A stretch of 64,000 nucleotides of DNA, taken from Octopus sinensis. Lineage: Eukaryota. Position numbers and translations under genes: made by a program. Location: assembly GCF_006345805.1 (NCBI RefSeq), contig NC_043009.1, forward strand, positions 27,714,001 to 27,778,000, read 5' to 3'. Positions 11,505-24,646 of the stretch are shown one piece after another. Position 1 is the stretch's first letter; each line of letters begins with the position of its first letter. The notes under the pieces are model-generated. The model searched no databases. It was not told the origin of the DNA and saw only the letters and a program-made list of their open reading frames with translations.

Positions 11505-12659
11505 CTGAAAAGCAAAGGAAAAAAACAAACAAAAATTGTATAACTATCTTTAGAGTCAATTTTTTTATTTATAATTTCTAAAAAGTATAATAAAATTTTT
11601 TAAAAAATAATGAAATTATTTTATTTGTAACATAAAATCAATTTTAAAAACTGAAATATTTAAATATTTTATCAAAAATAAATAGAGATGAGAGATGAAG
11701 GTGATAGTAAAATAGCTGCTACTTCTCATGTTGAGGAAATCTCAACTGAGTTTCTTTTGAGATATGTAAATAATATCACATGTATATGATCTAAATAATG
11801 CTGAATATGTTTGTGTTATGTTATTTACATATTTGAAGTTTATTTGCAATAAAATGCTAGAATCTATTACATGAAATGTCATCAGTGAGTTTTTGTTATA
11901 TTTATTTACTGTCTATGTTTGTTTGTTTTTTTTATTTAGATTTCTGCTAAAAATAAACAAGCGAAGTGGTTGAATGGAGAAGGTCTTTGATGAAAAACTT
12001 ACAGAACTTCAGTTCACTTATCCTTTATTGTTTCTTTTTATCTTTTGCTTGTTTAATTCATTACACCGTGGCTATGCTGGGGCTGTGTCTCGAAAGAGTT
12101 TTAGTCAAATCAGGTGCCTATTCTATCTGTCCCTCTTGTGAAACTGCCAAGTTACATGGATGTAAACAAACCAAGACCACTTGTCAAGTAGTGGGCAAGG
12201 ATAAACAACACAAATACCAAGACACACAGACAGACACAAACATATATGTATATAATATTAATATTCATATATAAATCTATCTATCTATCTATGTATCTAT
12301 ACATACATATATATTTATATAGTATTTCGGGATGGTCATTTTTTTTGTTCTTGCCAAATAAACACACACACTGTTTATTTGTTCTTCACTCATTTATTAC
12401 AGTTCTTATTGTGACTTATGTCCATTGTCTGGAAATCTTTTGTCACATATCTGTGTGAATAAAATCGTTTTTATTCACACAAATATGCAACCGAAGAGTT
12501 TAAAGTACCAGTAATGATAAGGCTGTTGACTGGGAGAACACGAACATGGTTTAAACTGTAAGCTTGGCAGGAAAGAAATGTGCCTTTAAGCAGTACAAAA
12601 ACAACAAGAAATGGAAGGTGCAGTTATGTACAGGTTGATGGAAGAAAAGCAGGACAAAA

Positions 12660-12836
12660 ACGGCTTTATCGATCACATTATCACCTGGAATTGATTTTTG
12701 TAATTTTTTTAAGACTTATACATGCCCTAATACCGTCGGTATCTACATATCAAATTTGAGCGCAATTGGATGGTGGATGCCCGAGATCCTAGAAGACACA
12801 CACACAGGTAGACAGAACAGATCTTATATAAGAGAT
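12660..12836 (-). mobile_element. Helitron-like non-autonomous element, 5' end
   Basis: Minus strand starts A|TCTCTTATATAA, followed by a short TG/TCTG run and CCAATTGCGCTCAAATTTGATATG, an arrangement typical of animal non-autonomous Helitrons. No CTRR 3' end found. Confidence 0.45.
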
Positions 12837-14564
12837 GGTCCGCTGAAAGTTACAAATTGACAACTTCAGAAAAGATGACCAGGGAGGAAAGAAACTTCAG
12901 TGGGATGCTAGTTGGGCAGGAAGGACTGGGAGGGGTTAGTACCAAAGCTTAGAAAGTTTGATATCATGTAAGTGATCATAGAAGGAAAGATGAGTCAGTC
13001 AGGAGTTTCTGAATAGAGGTGACACAAGACCAGTAGGCTCTTAGAAGCTGAAACCATTATAATAGTACTAAGACAAAAACAACAACAACATAAAAAAAAT
13101 GTAAAAGCAGAGATAAGATAGAGTATGTCTATGGATCAAAGGGTGAAGTGTGTCTGTAAGTGACTTAATGTTGGTCAAGTGGCTTTTTTTCTGGATTCAG
13201 CTTAAGATGTCCTTATGTGCAGCAGCAGCAGCAGTGGGAGAAACAGATTGAGACAGTTCTGCTATGATACTCATATCTAGACAGGTCTGAGACATTTTGG
13301 CACAGTTTTTTGGTGTTGTTTATTTGATTCTGTTTTGAATTATTTGATATCAGACATTTTACTGTTTCTCTCATTCTTTCTCTCTGTCTTTGTCTGTCTG
13401 TCCGTCTCTGTGTCTGTCTGTCTGTCAGTCTGTTTCCCTCTCTCTCTTTCTCTTCCTCCCTATTTATGTATGTCAGCATCTTTGTCTTTATGAGTATGGT
13501 GAGAGTGAAAAAGTTTATATCAATCATGTTCAATTAATAAATTGTAATCTCTCTCCTCCATCTTCTCTCTTTCGTTTTATGCATGTGAACATATTTCTCT
13601 ATGTGTATAAAGGAAAGAAAATATTTGTTAATCTTGTTCAATTAATAAATTTTAATCTCTCTCTCTCTCTCTCTCTTTCTGTCTTTGTGTGTATACTTTT
13701 GCTCACTTGTCCACAAGTCCATGCCAGCAATTTTTAGTGAGCAAGGGGTTAGCTGATAGCATTAGCCCAATATATGACTGGTACTTTATTTCATAGACAT
13801 CCCTCCAACCCACCACCCAGAGGGATGAAAGGCGAAGTTGATCACAGAGGGTTTTGAATAATTGGAATGGAGCCGGAAAGGGAGATAAAGATGGTGGTAA
13901 GTCGGTGTCGAGGTGGGAAATGGGGACAGGAAAACAGGGAGGGTGTGTGAGTAGAGTTGCATGAGTGTATGGAGGGAGTGAGGAATGGTTAGAGACAGGG
14001 TATGAGTGAGGTGGGACAAATATATTGAACAATAAACAAAGGTTGAGTGAGGAGTGTTGGTGGTAGTGGTTTTGGTCAATGTTAAATATAAGCTGAAGGG
14101 AAGGTAGTGGAGAGTAGGTGATGACTGGACAGTAGAGATTGGGTGGGGTTGAGGACTGAAAATATTTCTAAATTAGGCAAGTAAAGTGAATGGGAAAAAA
14201 TAGAATAGATGGGAAGTCTTTTAGCGTTAAGAATGAATATATTTCTATAAGATGAAATGTAATCTTTGATGGAATGGTTGGAAAACAAATTTTAAATGCT
14301 CCATATGTGCTGGAGTAGCTGGTAATAAAAGCAGACATTATTTGAGATTTCAAGTAGTTTGCAGGAATCTAAAAGAGATGAAAGTTCAGGGAAATCACTC
14401 AATGAAACAATAAGAACATAAGAATGGTTGGTATAGTGTATTAGATATGTAAATTTTAACATACAGAGAAGGCAGACATATACATACATATTTGTATGCT
14501 ATGTGTGTTGTGTGTATGCACGTACATGAATGTACACACATATATATATGCTTATATGTGTCTG

Positions 14565-14604
<40 letters not shown>

Positions 14605-14626
14605 ATATATATATATATATATATAT

Positions 14627-14660
<34 letters not shown>

Positions 14661-14876
14661 GTATACATATATATATATGTATATATTTATAGTCATATGT
14701 ATATATATGAATATATATATAAATGTAAGTATGTGTATACACACACACATGCACACATGCACACAGATACACACATGCACACACATACATATTTGGTAAC
14801 AACTGTTTGATAAAAGAGTACTCAATACCATGGTATAAATCAATAGTATTTTATTTTGGTCATTTCACTTTCTTCT

Positions 14877-14951
14877 TACTCTGAATTTTATCTGTAGACA
14901 CTTGAGATCTTCAGGCCAGATCTTGTGCACCTACAGGTGAAATTCAGAGTA
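14877..14951 (+). other. Imperfect 75-nt hairpin of pre-miRNA size
   Basis: TACTCTGAATTTTATCTGTAG pairs with CTACAGGTGAAATTCAGAGTA (21 bp, two G-U); inner GAGATCT/AGATCTT stem; 7-nt loop. Confidence 0.5.
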
Positions 14952-15150
14952 GCAAGAGGCTGATGCAACCAAACTAATATATATATATATAATCTTCTAC
15001 CTATTTCAGTTAATAGACTGCAGTCATGCTGGGACAATTACTTGAATTTTTTATCAGTAGTTATTTGCTTTTAAAGCTTCTTTTGTTTCCCCAAACCGCT
15101 CAGTTATGGGGATGTAAACACACCAACACCAGTTTTCAAGCAATAATTGG

Positions 15151-15191
<41 letters not shown>

Positions 15192-15311
15192 TATACATCA
15201 ATTTCCTTTGGGTGTTATTTGATAAAGCAATTTGTTCACTGCACTCTCTGTTAGTAATTACATCTATCTATCTATTTATCTGTCTATCTATCCATTCATC
15301 TCTCTCTCACA

Positions 15312-15371
<60 letters not shown>

Positions 15372-15526
15372 GTGTGTGTATGCATGTGTGCCTGTGTGCA
15401 CGTGTGTGTATGGGCTTTCTTCCAGTTTCTGGCAACCAAAAACACTCATATGGCACTGGTCAGCCTGGAGCTAGAGTAGAAGACCCTTTTCCCAAGGTAC
15501 CATGCTGTATAACTGAACCCAGGACC

Positions 15527-15950
15527 CAGGGTCGGATTAAGACCCATTGAGGCCCTAAGCACTTAAAAGATTTTGGTGTTCCCATAAAAGATTACGTAAT
15601 TCAAAATAGAAACAATATAAAAGTATAAAAAATTTTATTTTTCAAAACCAAACAAAACAGTAAGAGGCATAATAATGTTTATTTCTGTATATTTCCAGTT
15701 TATTTAGATTTGAAAAGTTTGCTCCTACATTTTTGAATTGCAAAGTCTTTGATCAGATCCTCAAAATTAATCTTAGGTAACACATCCACATTTATACTTA
15801 ATAGAGATAAAGGCATCCCGAATATTATTTTAGCAAAGTTTAAAGTGATTTCTTTTGTGCTGTAAACCATTGACCATTTCTGTGGTGCCCCCTCCTTCCC
15901 TCGATGCCCTAAGAACGTTCTCATTTTGCTTAATGGTTAATCCAGCACTG
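15527..15950 (-). mobile_element. Internally deleted hAT transposon retaining the transposase C-terminus, inserted in a family B SINE
   Basis: TIRs CAGGGTCGGATTAA / TTAATCCAGCACTG; perfect 8-bp TSD CCAGGACC (15519-15526, 15951-15958); peptide LSLLSINVDVLPKINFEDLIKDFAIQKCRSKLF resembles the end of the hAT dimerisation domain. Confidence 0.9.
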
Positions 15951-17501
15951 CCAGGACCCCAGGGTCAGAAAGCAGGCTTCTCAAACACTCAGCCATACCC
16001 AAACCTCAGGTTTTTCCTAATTGGAAACTGTCATATATGAAATAAACACATCGACCATACAGTTAGAATATATTTATAAAGTATGAGACAGACAAACAAT
16101 TTTCTGGGAATACAGCTTACTAACAAACTATAGCGCTCACCAAAACGGACTTTTCATGTTTTTTTCCTGGATAATGCTGTTGTTATTGTGTTTTCTGCTA
16201 GCTGTGAAAGTAAACAGCAGCAGCACTGCCATATAATATTAAACTTAATGATGTGATCATTGAGGTTTAGCTGATATAAAGTTTTTCCTCTATACATCTG
16301 ATGCACTTGGGCTCTAGACTAATGTGGTCTCAATTCTTTATATGACATCAAAGTAATAAAGTTATGTAAATTTCACTTTACATCATCATTAAGTATATTT
16401 TATTTTTTTTTATTAAAAACAACAACAAAAAGAACCCACTACAAAATAATAAAATGAAAGCTGTTGAATCTTTAATGCTCAATAAAATACACCTTAGCTC
16501 TAAATCTGACATTTGTTTTCTTGTTTTGTGTACGCATATGTGTAAGAGTGTGCACGTGCGTGCGTGCGTGTGTGTGTGTGTGTGTGTGAGTTTGTTAACT
16601 GAAGTATCATAAAAAAAAGTGGGTGGAAAATGTTGCAATGCTTTTTATTACCATTGACATTTCTAAGAACTGTCACTGGAATTAGCATTTTCTTTAAAGA
16701 TCGGCAGTGTAAGAGAGGAAATTATAAGCAGTAAATTGATAGAGAGTCTGGAAGTGTATAGTAAAATATTTCTTGAAAAATTTTATGGCAAGGTGAAAGG
16801 AATTTTGAATGGTAATATATAAAAAAAAATAAATAAAATAAATAAAAAGATGGAATAAATAAATAAATATATAAATAAAGACACTGCAAACTGACAACAG
16901 CCAAAAAACACTAATGATGTACAGAACCACATACAAAGGCACACACAAATACGCACACAAACACACACACGCACACAGAAACATATACCATGTATATACA
17001 CACATGCACTCTCATACAATATGCATATACTAAAATCAAGATACATACACATGTACACACACACACACACACACATGCAAATATATACACATGTATCACT
17101 CATAAATGCATATCTATAAAACTTTTAAGACATTAACATAATTTTGAAATGTTGAGTTGAAGAAATATCAGAGAACATACTAAAAGAAGAAGAAGAAAAG
17201 AAGGAAAATTCTATAAGATAAAACGCCTGTTATTTAAAATATAATAACGACGGAGGTGGGGATGATGATAACGACGATGACGATGATGATAATAATAATG
17301 ACGGTGATGATGATGATGATGAGGAGGAGGAGGAGGAGGAGGAGGAGGATTATAATAACCCCCTTCAAAATAGGCCTAGTTTGTAAGTGTTTCTTTCATA
17401 GCATGTTGCTATTAATGTCTGTCTTTGTACTGTCCCCCTCATACTTCACTTTGGTGGTAAATAAGAGAAATCCTTATCTTCATCATCATCATCATTATTA
17501 A

Positions 17502-17550
<49 letters not shown>

Positions 17551-17555
17551 GTTAA

Positions 17556-17821
17556 TATTTTCATTATCATCTTCTTTCAATTCTGTTTCCATTTCTTGCT
17601 GAGTGTCTTCCTGACACCTAGGGCAGAGAAACGTACTGTGTACATTGGTAGGCCATTAAAATAAAACACACGAAATTGTCCATTTACAAAAGTCATGGGA
17701 TAGAGAGAAAGGGAAGAAAGACAGAAAAAAAAGCAAAAAATAAAACATAAAAAGTACACAAAGAAAATAAAGGGGAAAAGGGAAAGAAAATTCACTGCCA
17801 CAATGCTCTTCTCAATACGTG
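17556..17821 (-). mobile_element. 5'-truncated R4/Dong-like (RLE) non-LTR retrotransposon 3' end
   Basis: HVLRRALWQ* (17821-17792) resembles the xILRKVL ORF end, followed by a T-rich UTR and (TAA)n. The last ~95 nt match 52421-52516. Confidence 0.6.
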
Positions 17822-18303
17822 TTAAGACAATTTATCATTATTATAATTGTTGTTGTTGTTGTTGTTGTTATCGTCATCATCAACATCATCATTATTATTG
17901 TTATAACAAGCTTTGTAAAAAAACTAACAAACTATGCCAATTTTGAAATGATTATTATCGTTATTATTTTTACCCTCCCCCATCCTTTATGTTTATCCTC
18001 ACACTAATTGTTTACTGTCCTCGTGATGTATCCCTCATCTATGTCCCTGTGGTTAATAAAAGAAATTATTATTATTATCATTATCATTATTATTATTATC
18101 TCTGAGGTGGTGTGCTGGCTGAATCATTAGCAAGTTAGACAAAATGCTTAGAGGCATTTTGTCTGTCTTTACATTCTGAGTTCAAATTTTGCCAAGGTAA
18201 GCAGTGCCTTTCATCCTTTCTGGATTGATGAAGTAAGTACCAGTTGTGCACTGGGGTTGGTGTAGATGGCAATCTCAAAATTTCAGGCCTTATGCCTCTA
18301 GTA

Positions 18304-18462
18304 CAGTGGTTCCCAACCTGTGGTCTGTGGGCCCCTGGTGGTCCACAAAGAAGTGGTACTAGGGGGTCTGTGAAAATGTTAAGCTGAAAGACCTTTCAAT
18401 ATCCTGGGAAAACTCATTTAAATAAAAGGGGTCCTTGGTAGTGAAAAGGGTGGGAACCACTG
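18304..18462. mobile_element. hAT (Charlie/MER5-like) MITE inserted in a family A SINE tail
   Basis: TIRs CAGTGGTTCCCAACCT / AGGGTGGGAACCACTG; 8-bp TSD CTCTAGTA / CTCCAGTA (7 of 8 identical). Confidence 0.85.
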
Positions 18463-18519
18463 CTCCAGTAGAAAGGATCATTATCATCATCATCATAATC
18501 ATCATCATCATTGTCATCA

Positions 18520-18855
18520 TTATTGACAGAGTAATGCATGCCATCAAAGTGACACTGGGGTACAACTATACAAAGCTCAATATACCCATCATGACTACAT
18601 GTCTGATAGGGGTACACAAGGCACATGCATCACAACCATAAGTGCATGCCATTGTGATCTCATATCAAGGTAAACAGTGCATGACCTTGCAGGTGGGGCT
18701 CAGTTAGAATTTTGTTCATGTTGAATAGCCCATCCTGCTCAAAAGGTCCCTGAATAAGAGTTGTTCAAGGATGATGGATGAAGCACCCATGTTTCCAATA
18801 ATGATTTATTCAAACCCCAAATAATTCCTCTCAGCACATTGCTATGATGCTCCCA
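18520..18855 (-). mobile_element. Probable interspersed repeat 3' portion (unclassified)
   Basis: GC-richer, non-coding block abutting an (ATG/ATA)n tail. Single copy in this window; family resemblance is from memory only. Confidence 0.4.
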
Positions 18856-19069
18856 GTGTTAAGCATGCCAGACAAAATATATAGCAGTATTTCTTCCAAC
18901 TCTTTACATTCCAGGTTCAAATCCTGATGAAGTTAGTTTTGCCTTTCATATTTTCAGGCTCGATAAACCAAAGTTCTTGTAGAGCACTGCAGTTGATATA
19001 TTCAACCTTGCTAGCACTAAGACTGCTGACCTTGTGTCAAAGTTTGGCACTATGATTCTCATCGCCTTT

Positions 19070-19574
19070 ATTGGCAGCAAAATGGCAGAATTGCTAGCAT
19101 GTTGGAGAAACTGCTTTGGGGCATTTCATCAGTCTTTACATTCTAAGTTCAAATTCCACAAGGGCCAACTTTGCCTTTTACCTTTTTTTGGTGTGGGGGT
19201 GGGGTGTCAATAAAATAAGTACCAGTCAAGTACTGGGGTTGATGTAATCAACTTAACCCACCCCTAAAATTGCTGACCTTGTGCAAAAATTTGAAAGCAT
19301 CATCATCATCATCATCATCATCAGTATTATTATTATTAAAAAGGCGGTGAGCTGGCAGAATCGTTAGCATACTGGGTGAAATGCTGCTAAGCATTTCGCC
19401 CATCGCTATGTTCTGAGTTCTAATTCTGCCATGGTCAACGTTGCCTTTCATCTTTTTGGGGTTGATAAATTAATTACCAGCGAAACACTGGAGTCGAGGT
19501 AATCGACTGATTCCCTCCCCTAAAATTTCAGGCCTTGTGCCTATAGTAGAAAGGGTTATTATTATTATTATTAC

Positions 19575-19608
<34 letters not shown>

Positions 19609-19825
19609 GTCATTATTATTATTATCATTATCATTCATCTGGCAAAACCTGGCAAAATGCTTAGCAGCATTTCATCTGTCTTTAAGTTCTGTGTTCAAAT
19701 TCTGCCGAGGTCAACTTTACCCTTCATCTTTTTGGCGTCAATAAAATAAATACCATTTGAGCACTGGGGTCGATGTAATTGATTCCTACCGAAATTGCTG
19801 GCCTTGTGTCAAAATTTGAAACCAT
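19070..19825 (+). mobile_element. Cluster of three same-orientation family A SINEs separated by their (ATT/ATC)n tails
   Basis: Copies at about 19070-19297, 19342-19535 and 19640-19822. Confidence 0.85.
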
Positions 19826-21029
19826 TATTACTGTTGTTGTTGTTGTTATTAAAAAACAGAATTTCAAAAAAAAGTAAATCTATTATGCAACAATGCATGT
19901 TATCATATATAATGGACACAAAACTTTGCTATTTAGAAACAAACAAACAACTGCTCCCCCCATCTCACCCCCACCCCACCATCTCATGCAAAGAACTAAA
20001 GGACAAAAAAAAATACAGATAAAGGAAAAATTCAAAGGTAAAAAACTTTGAAGAACTAGTATGCTGCAAAAACAAACAAAAAACAAACAAAACAAATAAA
20101 CAATCCCAAAACATTCACTTCGACTACGACTGGAGAAAAAAATAAAAATATTGTTTACAATATTTGTTAGTTTGGTTGAATTGAATTCTTTCATTGGAAT
20201 CGTCTGCTACATTTATATAATCCTAAACCTTTAAACAAGAATGAAGCTGGAACTGTAGAGTTTGGATTACTGGTACTGAATCATTTCGTTGAGATAATAT
20301 CTTAGATGAATAAAAACAAACAAGCAAACAAGACAAAACTAAAACAAATGTCTGGCTCTCTCTATAGTTTGCTATCCTAAAATGAATAGCAAGTGCCATT
20401 TCCTGTTTTCTGCACATATGAATGACATAAACAATATGAAATGGAATAATGAGATAAAGAATGGCAAAATGAAACAAAGCATCACTAAGGAAAGCAAGGG
20501 TGGAGCAGTTGGGGGGAGTGCTTGTTTTTCTTCTTTTTGTTGTTTTATTAGGGGGGTATCTCTATATTGTTAGATGTTTTCAAAAATGTTTCTGTGTACC
20601 ATAATGCTTGTATTAAATTGCGTGTATTTAAGAGAATCTTTGTTTTTTTTTGTTTTTTTTTCAATATGTCTGTATGGTTAACAATGTTTTCGGCAGTTAT
20701 TTCTTACTGTTTGTTTTTGTATGGTTACTTGAGAATTCCTAGAAGGTGGAGAATCGGTAGAGTTTGCGTTAGGGTATTGGATAGAATGCCTTCTGGTATT
20801 TGTTCTGACTCTCTGCATTCTAAGTTCAAATCCTGACAAAGTCAAATTTGCCATCCAAACTTTCAGAGTTGACAAGAAAAAAAAAGAAAGAAAGAAAACC
20901 AAAAAAAAAAAAAAGAAAAAAAAGTCTGCCAATCTTGTATCATGAATTGGCAGAGCTTGCACCATCTGTTCCAGCTCATTAGGTTCTGACAGTAATTCTT
21001 GCAATCATAGCAGCGCTAGGCCATATTCT

Positions 21030-21636
21030 TTTCTATCCTTGGCACAAGGCCTGAAATTTTGGGGGAGGGGGCCAGTTGATTAGATCGACCCCAGTACGCA
21101 ACTAGTACTTAATTTATCGACCCCTGAAAGGATGAAAAGCACAGTCGACCTTGGTGGAATTTGAACTCAGACTGTAAAGTCAGACGAAATACCTATTTCT
21201 TTACTACTCACAAGGGGCTAAACACAGGAGACAAACAAGGACAGACGGATTAAGTCGATTATATCGACCCCAGTGCGTAACTGGTACTTAATTTATCGAC
21301 CTCCGAAAGGATGAAAGGCAAAGTCGACCTTGGCGGAATTTGAACTCAGAATGTAACAGCAGACGAAATACTGCTAAGCATTTCATCTGGTATGCTAACA
21401 TTTATTTCTTTACCGCCTACAGGAGGCTAAACATAGAGGGGACAAATAAGGACAGACAAGGTGATTAAGTCGATTAGATCGACCCCAGTATGCAACTGGT
21501 ATTTACTTAATCGACCCCGAACGGATGAAAGGCAAAGTTGACCTCAGTGGAATTTGAACTCAGAATGTAAAGTGAGACGAAATACCGCTAAGCGTTTTGC
21601 TTGGCCTTGCTAATGTTTATGCCAGTTTGCCACCTT
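21030..21636 (-). mobile_element. Head-to-tail trimer of family A SINE (two tail-2 units, one tail-1 unit)
   Basis: ATCGACCCCAGT...GGATGAAA...GAATTTGAACTCAGA occurs three times; junctions ...AAAGAAATA| near 21193 and 21403. Confidence 0.9.
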
Positions 21637-22024
21637 AGTGCTTGGCCATATTGATCCAGGCTGGATTTTTCTCTTGGATAAACGATAGGTGGTGGTAGTG
21701 GTGGGTGAGTGGATGGAGATGAGAGGTTGCATGCATGGACAGCTGCTTGATTTCTTAAAGAAATCCTTTTCCAGGTTTTCATAAATATGCATAGATGTAT
21801 GATCAAGGCTAATTAATGGAAACCCTGCATTCAGAATTCCTCTGTATGCTTGGAGGATATTAACTAACCTGACTTAGCAGCTCTTGTCAAAATGTTCAAC
21901 CCATACCAGCATGGAAAACAGGCGTTAAATGATAATGAGGATCATGATAATGATGATAATGATGATGATGATAAATTTCTGTGTATATGAGGGTATGTAT
22001 GATATTATATGTCTTTGTATAATA

Positions 22025-22250
22025 AACAACTTAGCACTTAAATTAGTCATATCCACCCCAAATATCCTTCCTGTTTTATGTTTCAACCGACCAGATCTGA
22101 CCTCTCACATCTACCCTACAATGTCATTCTAAAAATATACAACCACATTAATGAAATATCTTAGCTATGAGATAATACAGGATTAATTCAAAACAATGTG
22201 AATAAATAAGCATTACATTTGACAGAATAAGCTGAATGCTAAAGGATTAA
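22025..22250. mobile_element. piggyBac-like MITE, second copy
   Basis: Colinear with 7396-7631; ends CTGAATGCTAAAGGATTAA. Confidence 0.8.
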
Positions 22251-22855
22251 ACAAAGAAAGGCCATATGATTAGAGCTGTCCATGGGACCAGTTTCAAGTA
22301 TTAACATAACAAAATATCTGTCATCATCATTATCATCATTATACGTGCATATGTTCTGAGTTCAAATCTTGCCAAGGTCAACTTTGAATTTCATCTTTTT
22401 GAAGATCAATACAATAAAGTGCCAATCAAAGACTAAGGCCAATAAGATCAGCTTAAGCCCCTTCCCTCAAAGCTTCTGGTCTTGTACTTAATTCAGAAAT
22501 CATTATGATGGAGTGAGAGCAAGCATAGCAAATAGAGCTTATTGTGTGTCAGAAATTTTCAATACATTAGGATAAACAAATATTGGAGTATAACCACATT
22601 GAAATATATATCTAATTATATATCTACTTCATTGTGTTCGCTGCTATGGGAATCGCTACAAGTGTTCACATTACATGGTCACACTTGAGGACGAGAAATT
22701 ATCATCGTTTCCATCATTTTTCATTTGTAGTCAGCAACGAAGCAGCAATAATACACACACACACACACACACACACCATATATTTATTAATACTATATTG
22801 CTGGTTCTAATGAAAATGGTGATAATTTCTTGTCAAGTGAGAACCTGCAATGTGG

Positions 22856-22894
<39 letters not shown>

Positions 22895-23981
22895 TATATA
22901 TACACACATAATCATATGTATTTATAAATATATATATATATAAATATATATGCATTCATACATCATACTTATATATATATATATATATGATTGTTTGTAT
23001 GCATATATAGACACATATGTATATATACAGATATACATATACATATATATATATATACATATATACATATATACGTACATACATACATACATATATATGT
23101 ATATATATAAGATATACGCACACACACTCACAGATAATATGTATACCTTCACCCCCACACATACATACACATGCATATGGCTGATGAATACTAATGTCAT
23201 AACCTGCCATTAATATCTCTCTTACACCTTATTATTTTCACTGTTGCATAGTGTTTCAAAGCAGCAACACTGAGACAATTCACAAAATAGTCAACTTGCT
23301 TGCTCTTAAAGTGTTTCTCCATCAAGCGGAGTTATTGAACTGCCATCTGCATTTCATGCTAAGGAAGACATTAGCACAATATGGATGGATTATGTTGTTC
23401 AGCTTGCGAGTGTTAAATTCTCAAATGGTAAAGTGATAGGATTAGATTACAGAAAGGTTATAGAATTACATTGCATTGACACTGCATGATAGAATTTCCT
23501 GGTAAAATGCATTATTAAACCAACTGCTTAATACTGTTTCTGAAATTCCTTGTCATACTGAATGCCTTTCCACAATGAAGAGTAAGTTTTTGTTGTATCA
23601 GTAAAGAATTAAATACACGTAAATGAGAATTTCTGGAAAAATGCCTTTTAGATTTGTTTTCTGGGTTTCAGCATATTTAATAATCACCTCTGATGATAAT
23701 TAATCTTGTGTATATATGAGTGCGTCAATTATATATATATATATATTATATATATATATATATATTCTTTTATTCTTTTACTTCTTGCAGTCATTTGACT
23801 GTGGCCATGCTGGAGTGCTGCCTTTACACAGACAAATCAACTCCAGAACTTATTCTTTGAAAGCCTAGTACTTATTCTCTCAGTCTCTTTTGCGAACTGC
23901 TAAGTTGCACAAATGTAAACACACCAACATCAGTTGTCAAGTGATGGTGTGGGGACAAACACAAACACACAAATACATATA

Positions 23982-24030
<49 letters not shown>

Positions 24031-24614
24031 GCGTTCAAATACAAAAGTTGCAATGACCTTAGAACGATTAAATATCAATCACAAAAATAACCAATCAATT
24101 TAATTATTTCATTCCTTACTTGTGCTTCAAAAGTACCTTATTTGAAGTTTTTGCTCATTTAGTAATATAAAACTAACCATAAGTATTACATTTTCCGATG
24201 ATAAATAATTAAATTAATTCTCACGCACATAGTGACATGGTAACCTTAAAAGTGCTGGTGCTATGGAAAAAAAAACACCCAGTACACTCTGTAAATTGGT
24301 TGGCATTAGGAAAGGTGTCAAGTCATACAAATGTTACCAAAACTGACAATGGAGACCAATGCAGCCATTAGGCTTACTGGGTTCTGTTGAATAGTCTAAC
24401 ATGTGCCAACATAGAATGCTGACTGTAAATGATGGTGATGGTGATGATGATGATCATGGTGGTGATGGTGGTGATGGTGGTGGTGGTGGTGGTGGTGATG
24501 GTAGTGGTGATGATGATGATGACAATGATGATGATGATATGTTTGCAGATGTATATGTGTATACATATTTATATGTATATATATATGTGTGTATATATAT
24601 ATATGTGTGTGTGT

Positions 24615-24645
<31 letters not shown>

Positions 24646-24646
<1 letters not shown>

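Noticed and set aside
13860-14430. G/A-rich block as a LINE or Penelope coding remnant
   Set aside because: Probably an old repeat, but no RT or endonuclease motif could be read in any frame.
16647-16750. Minus-strand exon TTCCAG|...|GTAATA
   Set aside because: Stop codons in all frames, weak donor, and no other support.
21030-21636. CRISPR-like repeat-spacer array
   Set aside because: The repeats are ~200-bp SINE units in a eukaryotic context, with no unique spacers or cas genes.
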